This document shows positions 1-15,171 of a DNA stretch of 64,000 nucleotides, in pieces. A model generated the notes under the pieces. The model saw nothing but the letters and a program-made list of their open reading frames with translations. It was not told where the DNA came from and did not search any database. The stretch comes from Octopus vulgaris (taxonomy: Eukaryota). A program made the translations under genes and the position numbers. The stretch covers positions 4,464,001-4,528,000 of the forward strand of contig OX597836.1 in the NCBI GenBank assembly GCA_951406725.2, given 5' to 3'. Numbering within the stretch: the first letter of the stretch is position 1; the number at the start of each line of letters is the position of its first letter.

Positions 1-128
1 ACTCCACTCACTTGGTCGGCCCGCTGTAATAGTAGAATACACTTGCCAAATGTGCCACGCAATGGAACTGAGCCCGGAACCATGTGATTGGGAAGGAATA
101 TTCTTACCACACAGCTACGCATGCGTCT
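1..128 (-). mobile_element. SINE family A, 5' part (diverged, cut by window edge)
   Basis: Reverse complement matches the head of the full-length copy at 45133 (GCTGTGTGGTAAG...GGTTCCGGGCTCAGTTCCATTGCGTGGCAC..TTGGCAAGTGT). Confidence 0.8.
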
Positions 129-214
129 AAAAAATATTCCTGTTGACTGCTTTTTGTCATCGATGGCATTCTTCTTAAGGTTGTTGTTGTTGATGTTACT
201 GGTGGTAACTCTGG

Positions 215-385
215 TTCTTTCTTTTATTCTGCGGCCATGCAGGGGCAGCACGTTGAAGAATTATCACCAAACGAATTAACCCAAGTACTCAGTTTATTTT
301 ATTTTTAAAGCCTGGTATTTATTCGATACCTTCCGCCGAACCGCTAAGTTACGGGCACCCAAAAACATGAACACCCGTTCAACAA
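215..385 (-). mobile_element. SINE family A, 3' half (diverged)
   Basis: Contains GCGGCCATGC and GCCGAACCGCTAAGTTACGGG, the reverse complement of the family A 3' half at 45360-45540. Confidence 0.75.
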
Positions 386-404
386 CCACAAGAGCAGTCG
401 TAGT

Positions 405-446
405 AGGAACAGCAGCAGCGGCAGCAACAAAATCATTAGTAGTGGT

Positions 447-500
<54 letters not shown>

Positions 501-508
501 CTGTAGTT

Positions 509-544
<36 letters not shown>

Positions 545-592
545 ATATTAGTAGCAGCAGAAAAGTAGTAGTAGTAGTAGCAACAGCAGTAG
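405..592. repeat. Compound (AGT)n/(AGC)n microsatellite
   Basis: Directly visible. It explains the poly-S/L/T ORFs at 294-843. Confidence 0.95.
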
Positions 593-663
593 TTCCAAAA
601 CTGATCCTTCGTATTGTATATTGTTTGCAGAATTCTGGGATTTTCTTTGCGGGTGTAGGCATC

Positions 664-975
664 AAGTCCACCAAACCGACCCCAGTGTTCAACTGGTACA
701 TATGTCATGTACTCCGAAATGATGAAAGGCAAAGTGGGCCTCGGCGAGGTTTTGAACTCAGAACCTAAACACGGACGAAATGCTGCAATGCATTTCGTCC
801 GGCAGTTTAACGATTCTGCCAGCCCGCGCTTTGTTAGTCCCACAAAATATACCGTTTCTTCCGATTCGGCACAAAGACTGGTTTGTCCATCACATCAAAG
901 CCCCAGTATGGAACTGGTATTTTGTTCCTCGACTCCGAGAATGGAAAATGGCCAAGTCCACCTCGGTGAAAATTG
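664..975 (-). mobile_element. SINE family B copy (664-829) plus a second fragment (~880-975)
   Basis: CGACCCCAGT..AACTGGTAC, GATGAAAGGCAAAGT, GAACTCAGAAC and GATTCTGCCAGC are the reverse complement of the family B copy at 41041. Confidence 0.8.
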
Positions 976-1479
976 AATAGGGATTATCGTGGTTGCTTTT
1001 GCTTTCCTTGGTTTCCTATTGTTGATTATGTTGTTCATGATGTTGTTATTGCTTACGATGATGATGATGATGACGAAGAGAATGCACTTTACGCCTCTCA
1101 TCTTTTAATTCTTCTTTCTGCAACTGATGCTGGTTTTGTTGTTGTTGTTGCTGTTTCTTTTCCTCGCTGTTGTTTTTCAACAAACGCTTCTTATTTCCTT
1201 GGACTTTCGCCATTATTTCCCTCAGTACATTTGTTTATTGTTTTCGCCAAAGTCCTTTGTAGAAGTTCTTGTTTTCTTATGCCATTCTTACATTTTTTCT
1301 TCTTCTTACGGTTATCATTGTTCTTTCCATTTCCATGCTTTTATCTTTGATCAAACCGCCATTCCTAACGGCACCGCTTTTCTTTCCTTTGCGCATTGCT
1401 TCGTTTGTGCGTTCTCTTGTTTTTGGAATTGTTCTTCTTCGTCCTCCCTATTTTCCTTCCCTTATTTTATCTTCTCACT

Positions 1480-1669
1480 TTTCTTCTTCTTCTTTATCTT
1501 CTTCTTCTTCTTTTTCTCCATCTTCTTTTTCTCCTTCTTCTTTTTCTTCTTCTTCCTTTCGTTCTTCTTTTTTCTTTTTCTTCTTCTTCTTCTTCTTCTT
1601 CTTCTTCTTCTTCTCCTCCTTCTTCTCGACCTTTTTCTTTTCCTCCGCCTCCACATCCTTCTCCATTTT

Positions 1670-1702
<33 letters not shown>

Positions 1703-1919
1703 CTTCTTCTCCTCCTCCTCCTCCGTCTTCTTCTTCTTGTCCAGTTCTTATACACAAGTGGGTGTAGTCGTTATTATTTATGTCCTGGCACTCATTATAC
1801 TTATACTTATTATTGTTATTGTTATTATTATTATTATTATCATTATTATTATTATCATCATCATCATCATCATCATTATCATCATTATTATTATTATTAT
1901 TATCATTATTATTATTATC

Positions 1920-1951
<32 letters not shown>

Positions 1952-1952
1952 C

Positions 1953-2006
<54 letters not shown>

Positions 2007-2040
2007 ACGATTATCATCATCATCATCATCATCATCATGG
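1480..2040. repeat. (TTC)n/(CTC)n tract followed by (TTA)n/(TCA)n tract
   Basis: Directly visible. Source of the overlapping poly-F/S/L/K/E/I ORFs. Confidence 0.95.
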
Positions 2041-2624
2041 CATTTATATTTTTTCCCTTGCTCATATTCATATCGTATTCATTCCTCAGTCACAATCGCT
2101 GTTGCTGCTATTGTTGCTGCTGTCGAGGCGGTTGCATAAATTGATTTCCATATTTCTATTGCTAGAATCCTTTGAAGATCTCTAAAAGAATGGCCGTCTG
2201 TCTTTCCCCAAACAATCATTACGTCACAGGAACTTCTGTACATGGTTTCGTTATATTGTTTTATTTTTTACAAATTTTGTTATGTTCATTTCTTGCCTTC
2301 TCTGGTGTTGCTCTCTTTGTTTTATTGTGTATTAATTTTCTTCTTCTTTTTTATATGAGATTCAGCCATTTTGGAATTTTCAATGATTAGTAATTTGATA
2401 TTGTTGTTTTTGTTGTTGTTGTATTACAATTTATCATTTTTATTTGTCAACTCGAATTTTTGTTCGTTTGCAAGAAATGGTATAGCAATGCGAATATATA
2501 TATATATATGTGGGTATGTGTGTGTGTGTGTGTTTGTTTGTGTGTGTGTTTGTGTGTGCGTGTGAGTGTACGTGTGTGTTTGTGTGCGTATACAGACCTT
2601 TATGTGTATATCTATATAAATATA

Positions 2625-2659
<35 letters not shown>

Positions 2660-2716
2660 TTATATATATATATATTTATATGCGCGTGTGTGTATATAAA
2701 TTTATACACTCACACT

Positions 2717-2751
<35 letters not shown>

Positions 2752-2856
2752 TCACATATATGCACATGCACATACATGCTCGTCTATCAATGTATCTACC
2801 TAGCTACCTATATTTATGCATATATATATGTATATCTAAATATATATATATGCGTG

Positions 2857-2952
<96 letters not shown>

Positions 2953-3324
2953 TATATATATAGATAAATAGATAGATAGATAGGTAGATATACATTTATA
3001 TATATATATATATTCTCACATGTCCACATATATAAAGCAAGATATAAAATATACAAACTTCTATACATTGATATATATATATTTCATCTCCGTCCTCAAC
3101 TTGCCACACAACAATATAACTAAAAACCAGCAACAAAAGAACAACAACAATCAAGAGCACTTATATACTTTAAATCTTTTCATTGGCAGAAAGCAATTGA
3201 AAAAGAATAAAAAGATCGACAAAGAATGAAGTTATATTTGTCTATATATTTACTTTATATATTATTCGGCTAAACTTTAGAATTATCTTCAATGCTATCG
3301 AATTCCAATACCTAACTAAAACAT

Positions 3325-3422
<98 letters not shown>

Positions 3423-4584
3423 CTCTCATTCTCTTCACATCTACATGTCTCTCCAACTGTCGTTCTCCGTCTGCGTCTCTCACACATCTTCCGTACTTCA
3501 CCCCCCCCCCCGTCTTGCCTCGATTTTCTCTTCTTTTTTTTATTAAATTATACAAATCTCTTCAAGAAACTTTATTACTCACGCGTCGTATTATCTGTTC
3601 TTTGATAAAGTTTAGAAATCTATTTCTAAGCCTTTTTACATTTCGTATTCAATCATATGCTGATTTTTGAAAGAAAGAAAGAAAAAAAAGATGTAGAATT
3701 CTTTTCACCCATTTGGATTATTCTTTCATCACGCTTATATATAAACAACTCGGATGGTTATGTGGTTGTTCGGATATAAACAGCATTTTGCAACTACATC
3801 GATTTGGGTTCGAATCTGTTCGGCAAATGATTTTTATACTAGAAGAAGAAGAAGACGAAGAAAAAGAAGAAGTAGAAGAAGACGAAGAAGGAGAGGCAGA
3901 AGAAGAAGGATAAGAAAAAGAAGAAGAAGAAGAACCCACCACAAGTCCTGTTACTATATCTTTTAATAGACCCTTTTATTGAAATATTTACGTTTTCTAT
4001 TTTGTCACCTTCAATATTTGGCTAAAATTCTAATTCAAGATCTTAATTCTATTTACTGTTGTTTGTAACTAGCATCCGGCATCATTTCCTCAAATTACAG
4101 AGTGACATTTCAGGAATATTTCGTCGCTTTCTAGCAGTTCGAAGGATCCTTATTTATCTGTGAAAACCTTTCTTATGCTGTGAGAAAAAAAAAGTTTGGG
4201 CGATTTATGACTCAAAGCGGACGAAATATATTTTGTAACAAATCTTACGCAATATTCGTTCAGCGCCCTACAAACATCCAAAATCCCTCGTTTACCCATT
4301 TCACATACTTCCACGGGAGTGTTTATGGCCTCGGTGGCTCTTTCAGCAGCGGTGGATGTCTGGTAGAGGATGTTCAGCAAGTAAAAAGCCACGAAACAAA
4401 AGGATGCACATATCGCATTCAGGACATATTGTATGGAAACATACTAAACACAGAGAAAACTAATAACGTTAAATAAATAATGGATATCGCCCAATCTAAT
4501 CACTATTCGGCTCATAACTTATGGACACAACACAATTCAACGTTCACGCACCTGTCTGCGCTTCGGCCTGCGACAAATTATAAT

Positions 4585-4731
4585 TAAATAATAACAATAA
4601 TAATAACAACAACAATAACGATAATAATAGTGTTAATAATATTAATATTAATGATAATAATGACATTAATGATAATAATGAAAATAATAATAATAATCAT
4701 AATAATAATAATAGTAATAGTAGTAGTATTA

Positions 4732-4786
<55 letters not shown>

Positions 4787-4809
4787 TAATAATAATAATG
4801 ATGATAATG

Positions 4810-4870
<61 letters not shown>

Positions 4871-4911
4871 TAATAATAATAATGATGATAATGATAATAA
4901 TAATAATAATA

Positions 4912-4995
<84 letters not shown>
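4585..4995. repeat. (AAT)n/(GAT)n microsatellite, ~400 bp
   Basis: Directly visible. Confidence 0.95.
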
Positions 4996-4996
<1 letters not shown>

Positions 4997-5293
4997 TAGT
5001 AGTTAAAACAGCGATAACAAAAGCAATGATAATAATGTTTTCGAGATATGACAACCAGCAAGATGTTTGAATAGGAATTAAGACGTAAAGAATTGTCTGG
5101 AGGGAATGTTTGCCTTTGTTTATTCCTTTCTTTTGCTATTCTTTTTGGGGTGGATGGTTGGGGAATGGGTGGGTTGTTCGTAATTAGCTTTCTCTATGAG
5201 CATACATATAGACACACGCGAAACACACACACACACACACACACGCATTCACGCACGTATACACACAGATATATATATATATACATATATATG

Positions 5294-5332
<39 letters not shown>

Positions 5333-5645
5333 CATATATATATATATACATTCGTATAGACATGAATTAATATATATATATATATGTGTGTATGTGTGTG
5401 TGCGTGTGTGTGTGCGTGATTATATATCAATTATATATCTATATTTATATATGTATTATATATATGTGTGTATATGTATGTATACAGCTCGGTCGCTTGC
5501 TAGTTAGCCTGATAAATAGACACATGTGTGAATCGAATACAATATTTGTGAACTGGTGTTTGCTTGCGTGTATATCTATATCAATCTATCTATGAGACTC
5601 AAAACACAAATGCGCGCACAGACATATATACACATGTACAAGAAG

Positions 5646-5676
<31 letters not shown>

Positions 5677-5917
5677 AGTACTTACGCAAATGAATACGTG
5701 TGAGGTCGTAGGTAAGCAGGTATATATCAGCAGCTGAAAATGTAATTATGATATATTTATTTATTCGGAGTGGGGGAGCAGAGATTGTAGATTATTCAAT
5801 CGATCGGAGTGTTTGTTTTGTACTTAATTTATCGGTCCTCGGGTTAGAGTAAATAGGAAAAACCGTCCCCTGTTGTGAAATGAACTCACTATATAGACGA
5901 ATTATCCGAGATAGCTC

Positions 5918-6240
5918 ATTAATTATTTCTGCGATAAGCACACTTCCAGGAAACTTCAGTGAGGATATAGCTATTTCTATCATATAAATATTCCGAGATA
6001 TAAGCGGTGAACTAAGAATCGTTAGCGCTTTGGAAAAAAGTCTTAGCGGCGTTTCGTCCGAGTTTACATTCGGAGATCAAATTCCACGAATGTTATTAAT
6101 AATTTTTGTGATAAGCACAATTTCAGGAAATATCCTTCCAGAAATATCGTTGATGGGATAGCCGTTTCCATCATATCAATATTTTCAAGATATAAACGTC
6201 GAAGTGGCAGAATCGTAAGCGCGGAGGACAAAATTCTAAG
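5918..6240 (+). repeat. Diverged tandem duplication of a spacer plus a SINE-B-like head
   Basis: ATTAAT.ATTT.TG.GATAAGCACA.TT.CAGGAAA...ATCATAT.AATATT...AGATATAA.CG occurs at ~5918-6006 and ~6094-6198. Each copy is followed by a SINE-B-like AGAATCGT(T/A)AGCGC. Confidence 0.65.
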
Positions 6241-6260
6241 CGTATTCCCTCCCTGTTTAC

Positions 6261-6362
<102 letters not shown>

Positions 6363-7790
6363 ACCGAAAGAGGGAGAGATGTGAATAGTGTATGCAGAGT
6401 CCAAACAATGTCCGTCTACCTACACTACAAACAGACCCCGTGTCACTTGTGTCAGGCACTGAAATCTGCTGTTTGGATTATAAAAATTCAAAATACTCTT
6501 GACGCATATATTTTTGTGGTCCTGATATAAAGCAGAAATAAATTTAACTTCAACAGAATCTTAGTTTAAAATCTAGCCGGCCATCATTCCCAATGAGCAC
6601 AATTTTAGCTGGCTCTCAGCACTCCGTCTCAATTCATTGCGCACTCAAAGGATAAGTTCACAGCGACGTGAGAATTCGGTGAAGGTAGAGATTCTAAATA
6701 AGTAGGAAACTACAATCTTTAAGCGGATTCTCCAGAGAAATCAAATATGTGGGAACGGAAACGAAAGATATACCAAGATAAAATATGGCTGTCCGAATGT
6801 ATATCAAGGGAACTGATTCAGATAACTACATCTAGTAAATGAGGAAGGTTTAACGTTTTGTATAAAAAGTGCGTCCGTATATATATATATATGGAGAGAG
6901 ATAGATACATATATACATACATATAAATAAATATATATATATATACATATATACACTTATATACATATAAATGCATACATAAATACATATATATATATAT
7001 ATATGTTTCTGTCTCCGTGTGTATATGTATATGTGTGCCTGTGTGTCTGTTGTGTGTCTGTGCGTGTTTGTTTGCGCGCACGCGTAGGTGTCACACATCT
7101 CATTTCTTGTCCACTACGCCGTCGATTTCCTGTCCACCATGCAGTATTTTCGATCTAACTGTTGTCGCTAAAATACCGACATCAAACTGCTATAGGGCAT
7201 GACATTTTTCGAAGAATCGCGGGCTAACTTCCAGTAATAAACGTCTACTCTCTTTGATCGAACTCTTATTCAGACACCAATGGCCACACGCTTGAAATTC
7301 AGAGTATCAAGAAGGTTGAATTAAACTGTCTTCATATATATATATATATATATATTGCGGCGTTACGTGCACCCCCCCGTTTGTTTGTCCAATTTTAAAC
7401 CCTGCACGACTTCTATACACACTGTCTTTCCTGCCCGCCATTGCTCTTCCCAAACTTTTTGGCGCCCTCCGATTCTTCCCTCTCTTCCTCCCATCCTCCT
7501 CCCTCTTCCTCCCATCCTCCTTAATCCCTTCTTTCTCCTTTTCTCTTGGTCACTGATTCTGTCCCCTGCCTTCCACCCTCTTTGATTCCCTCTCTCTCTG
7601 TCTCTCTTTCTCTCTCTCTCCTGCGACCTGCTGCTTCTTATATATATATATATATTTCTGCCAGCTATGTTGTTGTTTCTGTCTATTTGGTCTAGTCTGT
7701 TCGTCCCTTCCTGTGTTTCACGTTCATTATATATAAAAACATTCATTCTTATATTATTGCACGTTCATTATATATAAAAACATTCATTCT

Positions 7791-7831
<41 letters not shown>

Positions 7832-7832
7832 A

Positions 7833-7863
<31 letters not shown>

Positions 7864-8277
7864 ATGTGTATATGTATCAGGTAAGTCCCGTCAGTAGGCA
7901 GTTAGTGACCTGTATGTAGTAAAACGCACAAAATATAAGCGAAACACAGGCGTTCGACTAAGGAGAGGGCAGCTTTACTTTTGCCTTTATACCACGTAAA
8001 GAAAATGGTGCTGTAGGAGTGTACGCAACGTGTGTGCTACAGCAGTTCTATGCACAGCTTAAATGCTGAGATTGAAAAGCAGCGGCGAAATATGCCTACC
8101 TAATCTACAAGAAAAGAAAATATTTTGCATTTTATGCATAATGATAAGAGTAACATTCATAATTTATTGAATTAGGTACATAATTTGATATAAAAGGAAA
8201 ATGCTGCTATCGATCTATTATATTCAAGGTAGGAACTGCCGTTGCCTTCCTCGGCGCACGCCCCTCATATGTATGTA

Positions 8278-8329
<52 letters not shown>

Positions 8330-8757
8330 ACTCATAAGTAAGGGCTAAAGAACATTACTTCCACATATAATCTACTCGCTACAGAAAACAATTATATATA
8401 TATATTGTTGTGTTTAGGGACCATCCATTATGGCAATGTTATTGAACACACGCACTGGTTAGATTCGATGAAGTCATTGAAAAGGTTGCACGTATCGCCG
8501 AAAAACTTTTCACAAACAAATACAAGATTAATCACGTACGGTTTAACCAAATCATACAAACGATCGATTAGTTAGTTAGAGATAGATAGAGAGAAATATA
8601 GAGAAACAGACAGAGAAATAGAGAGATAGAGAAAGAGACACACATATACACTCAGATAGACGAACAACCGAACAGACAGACAGACATACATACAGCAAAA
8701 CAGATAGATAGATAGATGATCATAGGCATGTAGATGGATAGATAGGTAGACAAAACA

Positions 8758-8850
<93 letters not shown>

Positions 8851-9144
8851 CAAAAATCAATCAGAAAGGAACTCTATCTCACACAAAATATCTTTTGATA
8901 AGCAGAACAAATGCGCAACCGGTAAACTCTTCCTTTTTTTATTCTACACTGAAATCTGACGTTGAACTTTTCCACAAAAACTGTATATTACACGCTTTTT
9001 TTCTTATACACTGAAATCATTCAAAAAAAATGAACATTGTATTCTAACCCAATTTTTCTCTTTTTTTGTTTAAAAAAATAACTTTCACCTAATTAAATAC
9101 ACTCTCCCTTACTTAAAATATTTTGTCAGCATTTTCTTCATTTC

Positions 9145-9248
<104 letters not shown>

Positions 9249-9382
9249 ATTTCGGCATCTGAAACGCAGAGTTTTATCTTGACTATTGAGTAATTGTAAC
9301 ATATTATTTTATAGATAAATTTCCTCTATTTACATAATATTTAGGTCTCTTTCTTTCTTTCGTTATCGTACCGTTTTTACCA

Positions 9383-9488
<106 letters not shown>

Positions 9489-10086
9489 ATATGTATATGT
9501 ATATATATATATACATACACACATACACATGTATGCATATAGATAGATATATCAATAGATAGAGAGATAGATTCACACGTTCATACATATACATGTCGAT
9601 GAATTTGTAGGATTTTAATATGAAGGAAAGTTTTCCAAAATGGTGTCATATGTCATATACGTTTAGTAAAAGAAAAAAAAAATAACATAAGTGAGAAGAA
9701 ATTTCCAGATTGATTTGTCGCCCTAGCAATGAAACTAATGTACTATAGACTAAACACATGGCAATCTATTTCCAAATAAATATACTTTTCTCCTTATTAT
9801 ATTTGATATTGAATATCGATATAATTAACTTTGGCATATCTCCATTCACTCCTTGGAACTCCCTTTTTTTCTTCGCCTTCCTTATTACCTCCTTTCTTTC
9901 TTTCTTTCTCTCTATCTGTAAGTGTATGTATGTATAAACGTATGTATTTATGTATATATATATATGTATATATACGCATATTATATATAAATATACATAT
10001 ACATATATATATATGAATATATATGTAAATATAAATATATATACATATACATATATAGATATATGTGTATGCACATATGTAATTCC

Positions 10087-10158
<72 letters not shown>

Positions 10159-10926
10159 TTATATATACATATATATATTTATATGCATGTATGTATTTAT
10201 ATATATATATGTGTGTGTGTGTGTATCGATATAGGTTTATATATGTATATATGTACTTCTCTCTCATAATGTATATATATGTATATAGAGAGATACAAAG
10301 ATAAATATATATATATATATATATATATGCATATATATAAATGCATATTATTCATATATATTTGAAGTTACATATCTCACTCTCTCTCTCTCTCTCTCTC
10401 TAAATATATATATCGATGGAAAGAGAAGGGGAGAAGAAGAGAAGGAGAGAGACAGAGCTGTGTAGGTAGATGCATAGATAAGGTGGCATATGTTGATATA
10501 AATGAACACGCAAGTTAATTATGTACTCTAACGACAAAATGGTAAACACCAAGATTCCCTAGAGTCACAGCCTTATCAAGTAATTTATATTTAGACATCC
10601 TGCTGGTCGATGCATCACAAAATTAATATCTTTGTAATTTACAAAAAGACGGTGGAGTTATACATGTAGTACCATTAGTGCTACTAGTTTGCTCTCCGTT
10701 TGTTTCAGGCTAGAAACATGTTTCGGAGTTATCGAGTTCGGCTTTATAGTTTCATGCGTGTTATCTCAATGATATATTTGTTAGAGAAATGTACCAGCTG
10801 ACTTCATCTTCTAAAGCAGTTGTACCCAAGCGAGTAAGGTATTGTTTCTGGGGAATTCCATATGGCTTTTGGCGGTCCGTTGAAGATTTCGTTAACCTTT
10901 ATCTGCAACGAATAGGTTTTACTGGT

Positions 10927-11455
10927 ACTCAGTCGGTGACGTGGGTTGCAGCTGAACCGATGAACGGAATAGACTGCTCGTGGTATTAACGTGCAAGTGG
11001 TAGAACCCTCGGCCGAAACGTATACCTATTTCTTTACTACCCAAAAGGGGCCAAACACAGAGTGGACAAACAAGGGCAGACAAACAGATAAAGTCGATTA
11101 TATCGGCCCATTAACTGGTACTCGACCCCGAAGGATGAAAGGCAAAGTCGACCTCGGCAGAATTTGAACTCAGAACGTAGCGGCAGACGAAATACCGCAA
11201 AGCATTTCGCCCGGCGTGCTAACGTTTCTGCCAGCTCGCCGCGGACAAGTATACGTTCAATGTAGTTCTCAATGAGATTCAGCGTATATAAACTATGAGA
11301 AGGCTGGTCATTTTAATTATACACAGAAATCATTTTTGTCAGGTGAGTGGACTGGAAGAATGGGAAATACAGCACATTGCTGAAGGACAAACGCGCCTAA
11401 GGGAATCGAACTCACGTTACGATCCTAGCTGAAAACCCTAACCACTAAGACACGC
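10927..11455 (-). mobile_element. SINE family C-like copy interrupted by a family B SINE
   Basis: 10927-11025 is the reverse complement of the 3' end of the 38548 element (CCACTTGCACGTTAATACCACGAGCAG). 11245-11455 carries its middle and tRNA-like head (TTAGTGGTTAGGG...GAGTTCGATTCCC). Confidence 0.7.
11027..11241 (-). mobile_element. SINE family B monomer nested in family C copy
   Basis: High similarity to the reverse complement of 41041-41270. It ends in GTTTCTGCCAGCTCGCCG. Confidence 0.9.
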
Positions 11456-11489
11456 AATTTCACCAGTAAATGGATTGCGAATATTTTGT

Positions 11490-11649
11490 ACAGGAGTGCC
11501 TGTGTGGTAGGTAGCTTGCTTCCCAACCGCATGGATCCGGGTTCAGTCCCACTGCATGGCTCCTTGCGCAAGTGTCTTCTACAATAGCCTCGGACCGACC
11601 AAAATCTTGTGACTGGATTTGGTTAACGGAAACTGAAAGAAGACCGTCG

Positions 11650-11689
<40 letters not shown>

Positions 11690-12050
11690 TGTATGTATAT
11701 ATATGCATGTATGTATTTGTGTGTCTGTCTTTGAGTGTAGGACATTTACCCCCACCCGGATAATAAACTCCAAAAGCAGTTACCCCTGCGGATAACATGC
11801 GAATTTAAAATTTCTCAATATATTGGAAAGGGTCTAATTATCCAACGGGGCAATTGTTCTAGAGGGTAGTTATCGGTGGTGGAGATTGTCCTTGTGGGGT
11901 TGTTGTCCTGATACGCTATGTCTGTGCTCCCAACATTTCTTGACAACCGATATTAGTGTGTTTACGTCCCCGTAACGTAGCGGTTCTTCAAAACTGACCA
12001 ATATAATATATACTGGGCTTACAAAGATTAAATCATGAGATCGATTTGTT
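11490..12050 (+). mobile_element. SINE family A copy interrupted by a MITE-like insert
   Basis: Head CAGGAGTGCCTGTGTGGTAGGTAGCTTG, then an internal (TA)n. The 3' half resumes at ~11915 (CTTGACAACCGAT...ACTGGGCTTACAAAG). Confidence 0.85.
11737..11914. mobile_element. MITE-like insert with inverted subterminal repeats
   Basis: Left side has GGACATTTACCCC/CAGTTACCCC motifs and right side has GGGGCAATTGTT/GGAGATTGTCC/GGGGTTGTTGTCC motifs. The segment is absent from the other family A copies. Confidence 0.6.
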
Positions 12051-12083
12051 CTATCTATCTAGCTATCTATATATCTATCTATC

Positions 12084-12123
<40 letters not shown>

Positions 12124-12141
12124 TATATATATATACACACG

Positions 12142-12179
<38 letters not shown>

Positions 12180-12592
12180 TGTCAATCGATCTATGTATCT
12201 GTCTACATATCTATCTATTTACCTCCCTAACAATTTAATGATTGAACCATTATTCCAAAAGTAGTGTCCAGGCACCGAATTACAGACTACTGTCCAGGGA
12301 GGCGGTCATATTACCCTCTGAAATAATTTCTCTACACTTACGAGTAATCTTCAACAGTGGTAAGTATATCGTCAAATAACAATCATTTCACTAGAGTTGT
12401 CATTTGTGGAACACAGCTTCCACTACGACTACTACTATATAAACCTTATGATTGGACTACTCGTATCACAATAAATATATAATACTCCATTATTATAATA
12501 ACGTAGGAATGGAAATAATAAAACATAAAAATCAGAATGGGTTGTTATTTCATTGATTTATATATAGTCTTCTCCACTCAATCTTTCAAACT

Positions 12593-12674
<82 letters not shown>

Positions 12675-12686
12675 AATGTATGTATG

Positions 12687-12762
<76 letters not shown>

Positions 12763-12942
12763 TATGAAATATGTATATATGTATGTATTGCTGAGTGTAA
12801 GTTTGATTCTGTATTTCCGATTAACTAAGGCTACAGAACGAGAAATACACTTGAAGGAAATATTGGGCAGATATGGAGTTTTTAGAAGTATACCATACGA
12901 AAGAATTTATTTTCCTCCTGCGGGACATGACTTGAATTTCGC

Positions 12943-13001
<59 letters not shown>

Positions 13002-13590
13002 GATAGATACTTAGATATGTATATATACATACATAATTGTATATATATCGAGATGTATTTCAATATATTCTTATAATATCATTTTTTATACTTGTAAAAA
13101 TTTACGTACATCAAGTTCAGGGATTTGAGATTTTTATCAGTTTTCGTTGATATCAATGTTTATGTTGTCAGAGATAGGCAAGTTCCGTTCGTAGTTATAT
13201 CTCTCCAGTCATACTAATCATATTATATTATGCTATGGCATTTTTCTTCTCAAAATAATTTAATGTACTCACCTCGAAAAAGCCCATGCGTATAAACGTT
13301 AATAATTACTAGGTGCAATATGGGTACAAATGCAAACACACGCGTACGCACACTAGATACATATGGATCTACACGCACATACATATATTTATCAACCTAT
13401 TGAACTATATATACATATATATATGTATATACGTGTATATATGTATCTAAATGTATACGTAATTATATATGTATGTGTGTGTTTTTATATATGAATATTT
13501 AAATATATACATGTTTGTATTTATATATGTATATATGTATATACATATATATATATAGACAATTATGTACACATGAAAATATAGCTAATA

Positions 13591-13640
<50 letters not shown>

Positions 13641-14030
13641 CACACATATATACAAAGATATCTGGTTTTATATATATATGCGTGTGTGTATGAGTGTGTG
13701 TCGGTGTGTGTGTGTGTCTGTGTGCACACACATATATATGGCAACATAAACTACATATATACACAAACACACGCCAGCGCACTTGTTTCCCTCTTCCGTT
13801 CTCTCTGTCGTTGTCGAGTACACATTTATCATCGCTTACATGTCGTACTTATTCGGTATCGATTTTTGATTTAGCATCCGTTTGTCTCTTGTAACTCAGC
13901 TCCAGCTTTCCAATCATCTTACCTTGTACACTTTGGCTTCCTTTACCAAGTTCTTTATACACACACACACACACACATACATATATATAAATTGATAGTT
14001 AAATAGATACATATGTGCATATATATATAC

Positions 14031-14255
<225 letters not shown>

Positions 14256-14479
14256 ACCACATATGTTTTCTTGCTTTATGTGTTGGTGGAGGCTGCCTAT
14301 TCGTTCGCTCGTGCTGAAGTTTTTATTGCTGTTATTCATTTTGCTTATTTTATATTGTTCGCATGGCTGTTGCTGTTGTTGTCGATGTTGTTGTCGTTTG
14401 GTGATTGCATTATATGTTTACTCTTTCTGACTTTTCGCGCATTTAAAATTTGCTGAAAAAAAATGTTAATGAATACAAA

Positions 14480-14555
14480 ATAAATAATAATAATAACAAC
14501 AATAATATTAGTAATAATAATAATAATAGCAATAACAATAGTAATAATAATAATG

Positions 14556-14611
<56 letters not shown>

Positions 14612-15010
14612 CATGATGATCATGATCATGATGGTGATATCAAGAAGGAGGAGAAGAAGAAGTAGAAGAAGAAGAAGAAGAAGAAGAAGAAGAAGAAGAA
14701 GAAGAAGAAGAAGAAGAAGAAAAAGGAGTAGAAAAAGAAGAACAAGAAGAAGAGGGAGTAGAAGAAGAAGAAGAAGAAGAAGAAGAAGAAGAAAAATAAT
14801 AAGAACAAGAAGAAGAAGAGGGAGTAGAAGAAGAAGAAGAAGAAGAAGAAGAAGAAGAAAAAGAAGAAGAAGAAAAAGAAGTAGAAAAAGAATAAGAACA
14901 AGAAGAAGTAGAAAAAAGAATAAGAACAAGAAGAACAAGAAGAAGAAGAAGAAGAAGAAGAAGAAGAAGAAGAAGAAGAAGAAGAAGAAGAAAAAGAAGA
15001 AGAAGAAATG
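14480..15010. repeat. (AAT)n followed by (GAA)n with GGAGTA/AACA interruptions
   Basis: Directly visible. Confidence 0.95.
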
Positions 15011-15171
15011 AAGTGAAGAAATGATATTAATAAATAACTTAAATAACATAAAGAATAATAAAAATGACATAAATAATAAAATGAAGAGTTAATAAGTCTT
15101 AAGAATTAGGAAGCTCCAGAATGAAACTTTTACGAATGTGCGCATGCACACAGATATGTGTGCGTATGGCT

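Noticed and set aside
4180-4476. 98-aa non-repetitive ORF
   Set aside because: It has no recognisable domain and no convincing splice context, and its length is attainable by chance.
5701-5722. TGAGGTCGTAGGT resembling let-7
   Set aside because: The seed has a mismatch, the 3' half differs and there is no complementary hairpin arm.
7877-8266. Possible hAT-type MITE (CAGG... / ...CGCCCCT ends)
   Set aside because: The terminal inverted match is too weak and no 8-bp TSD is discernible.
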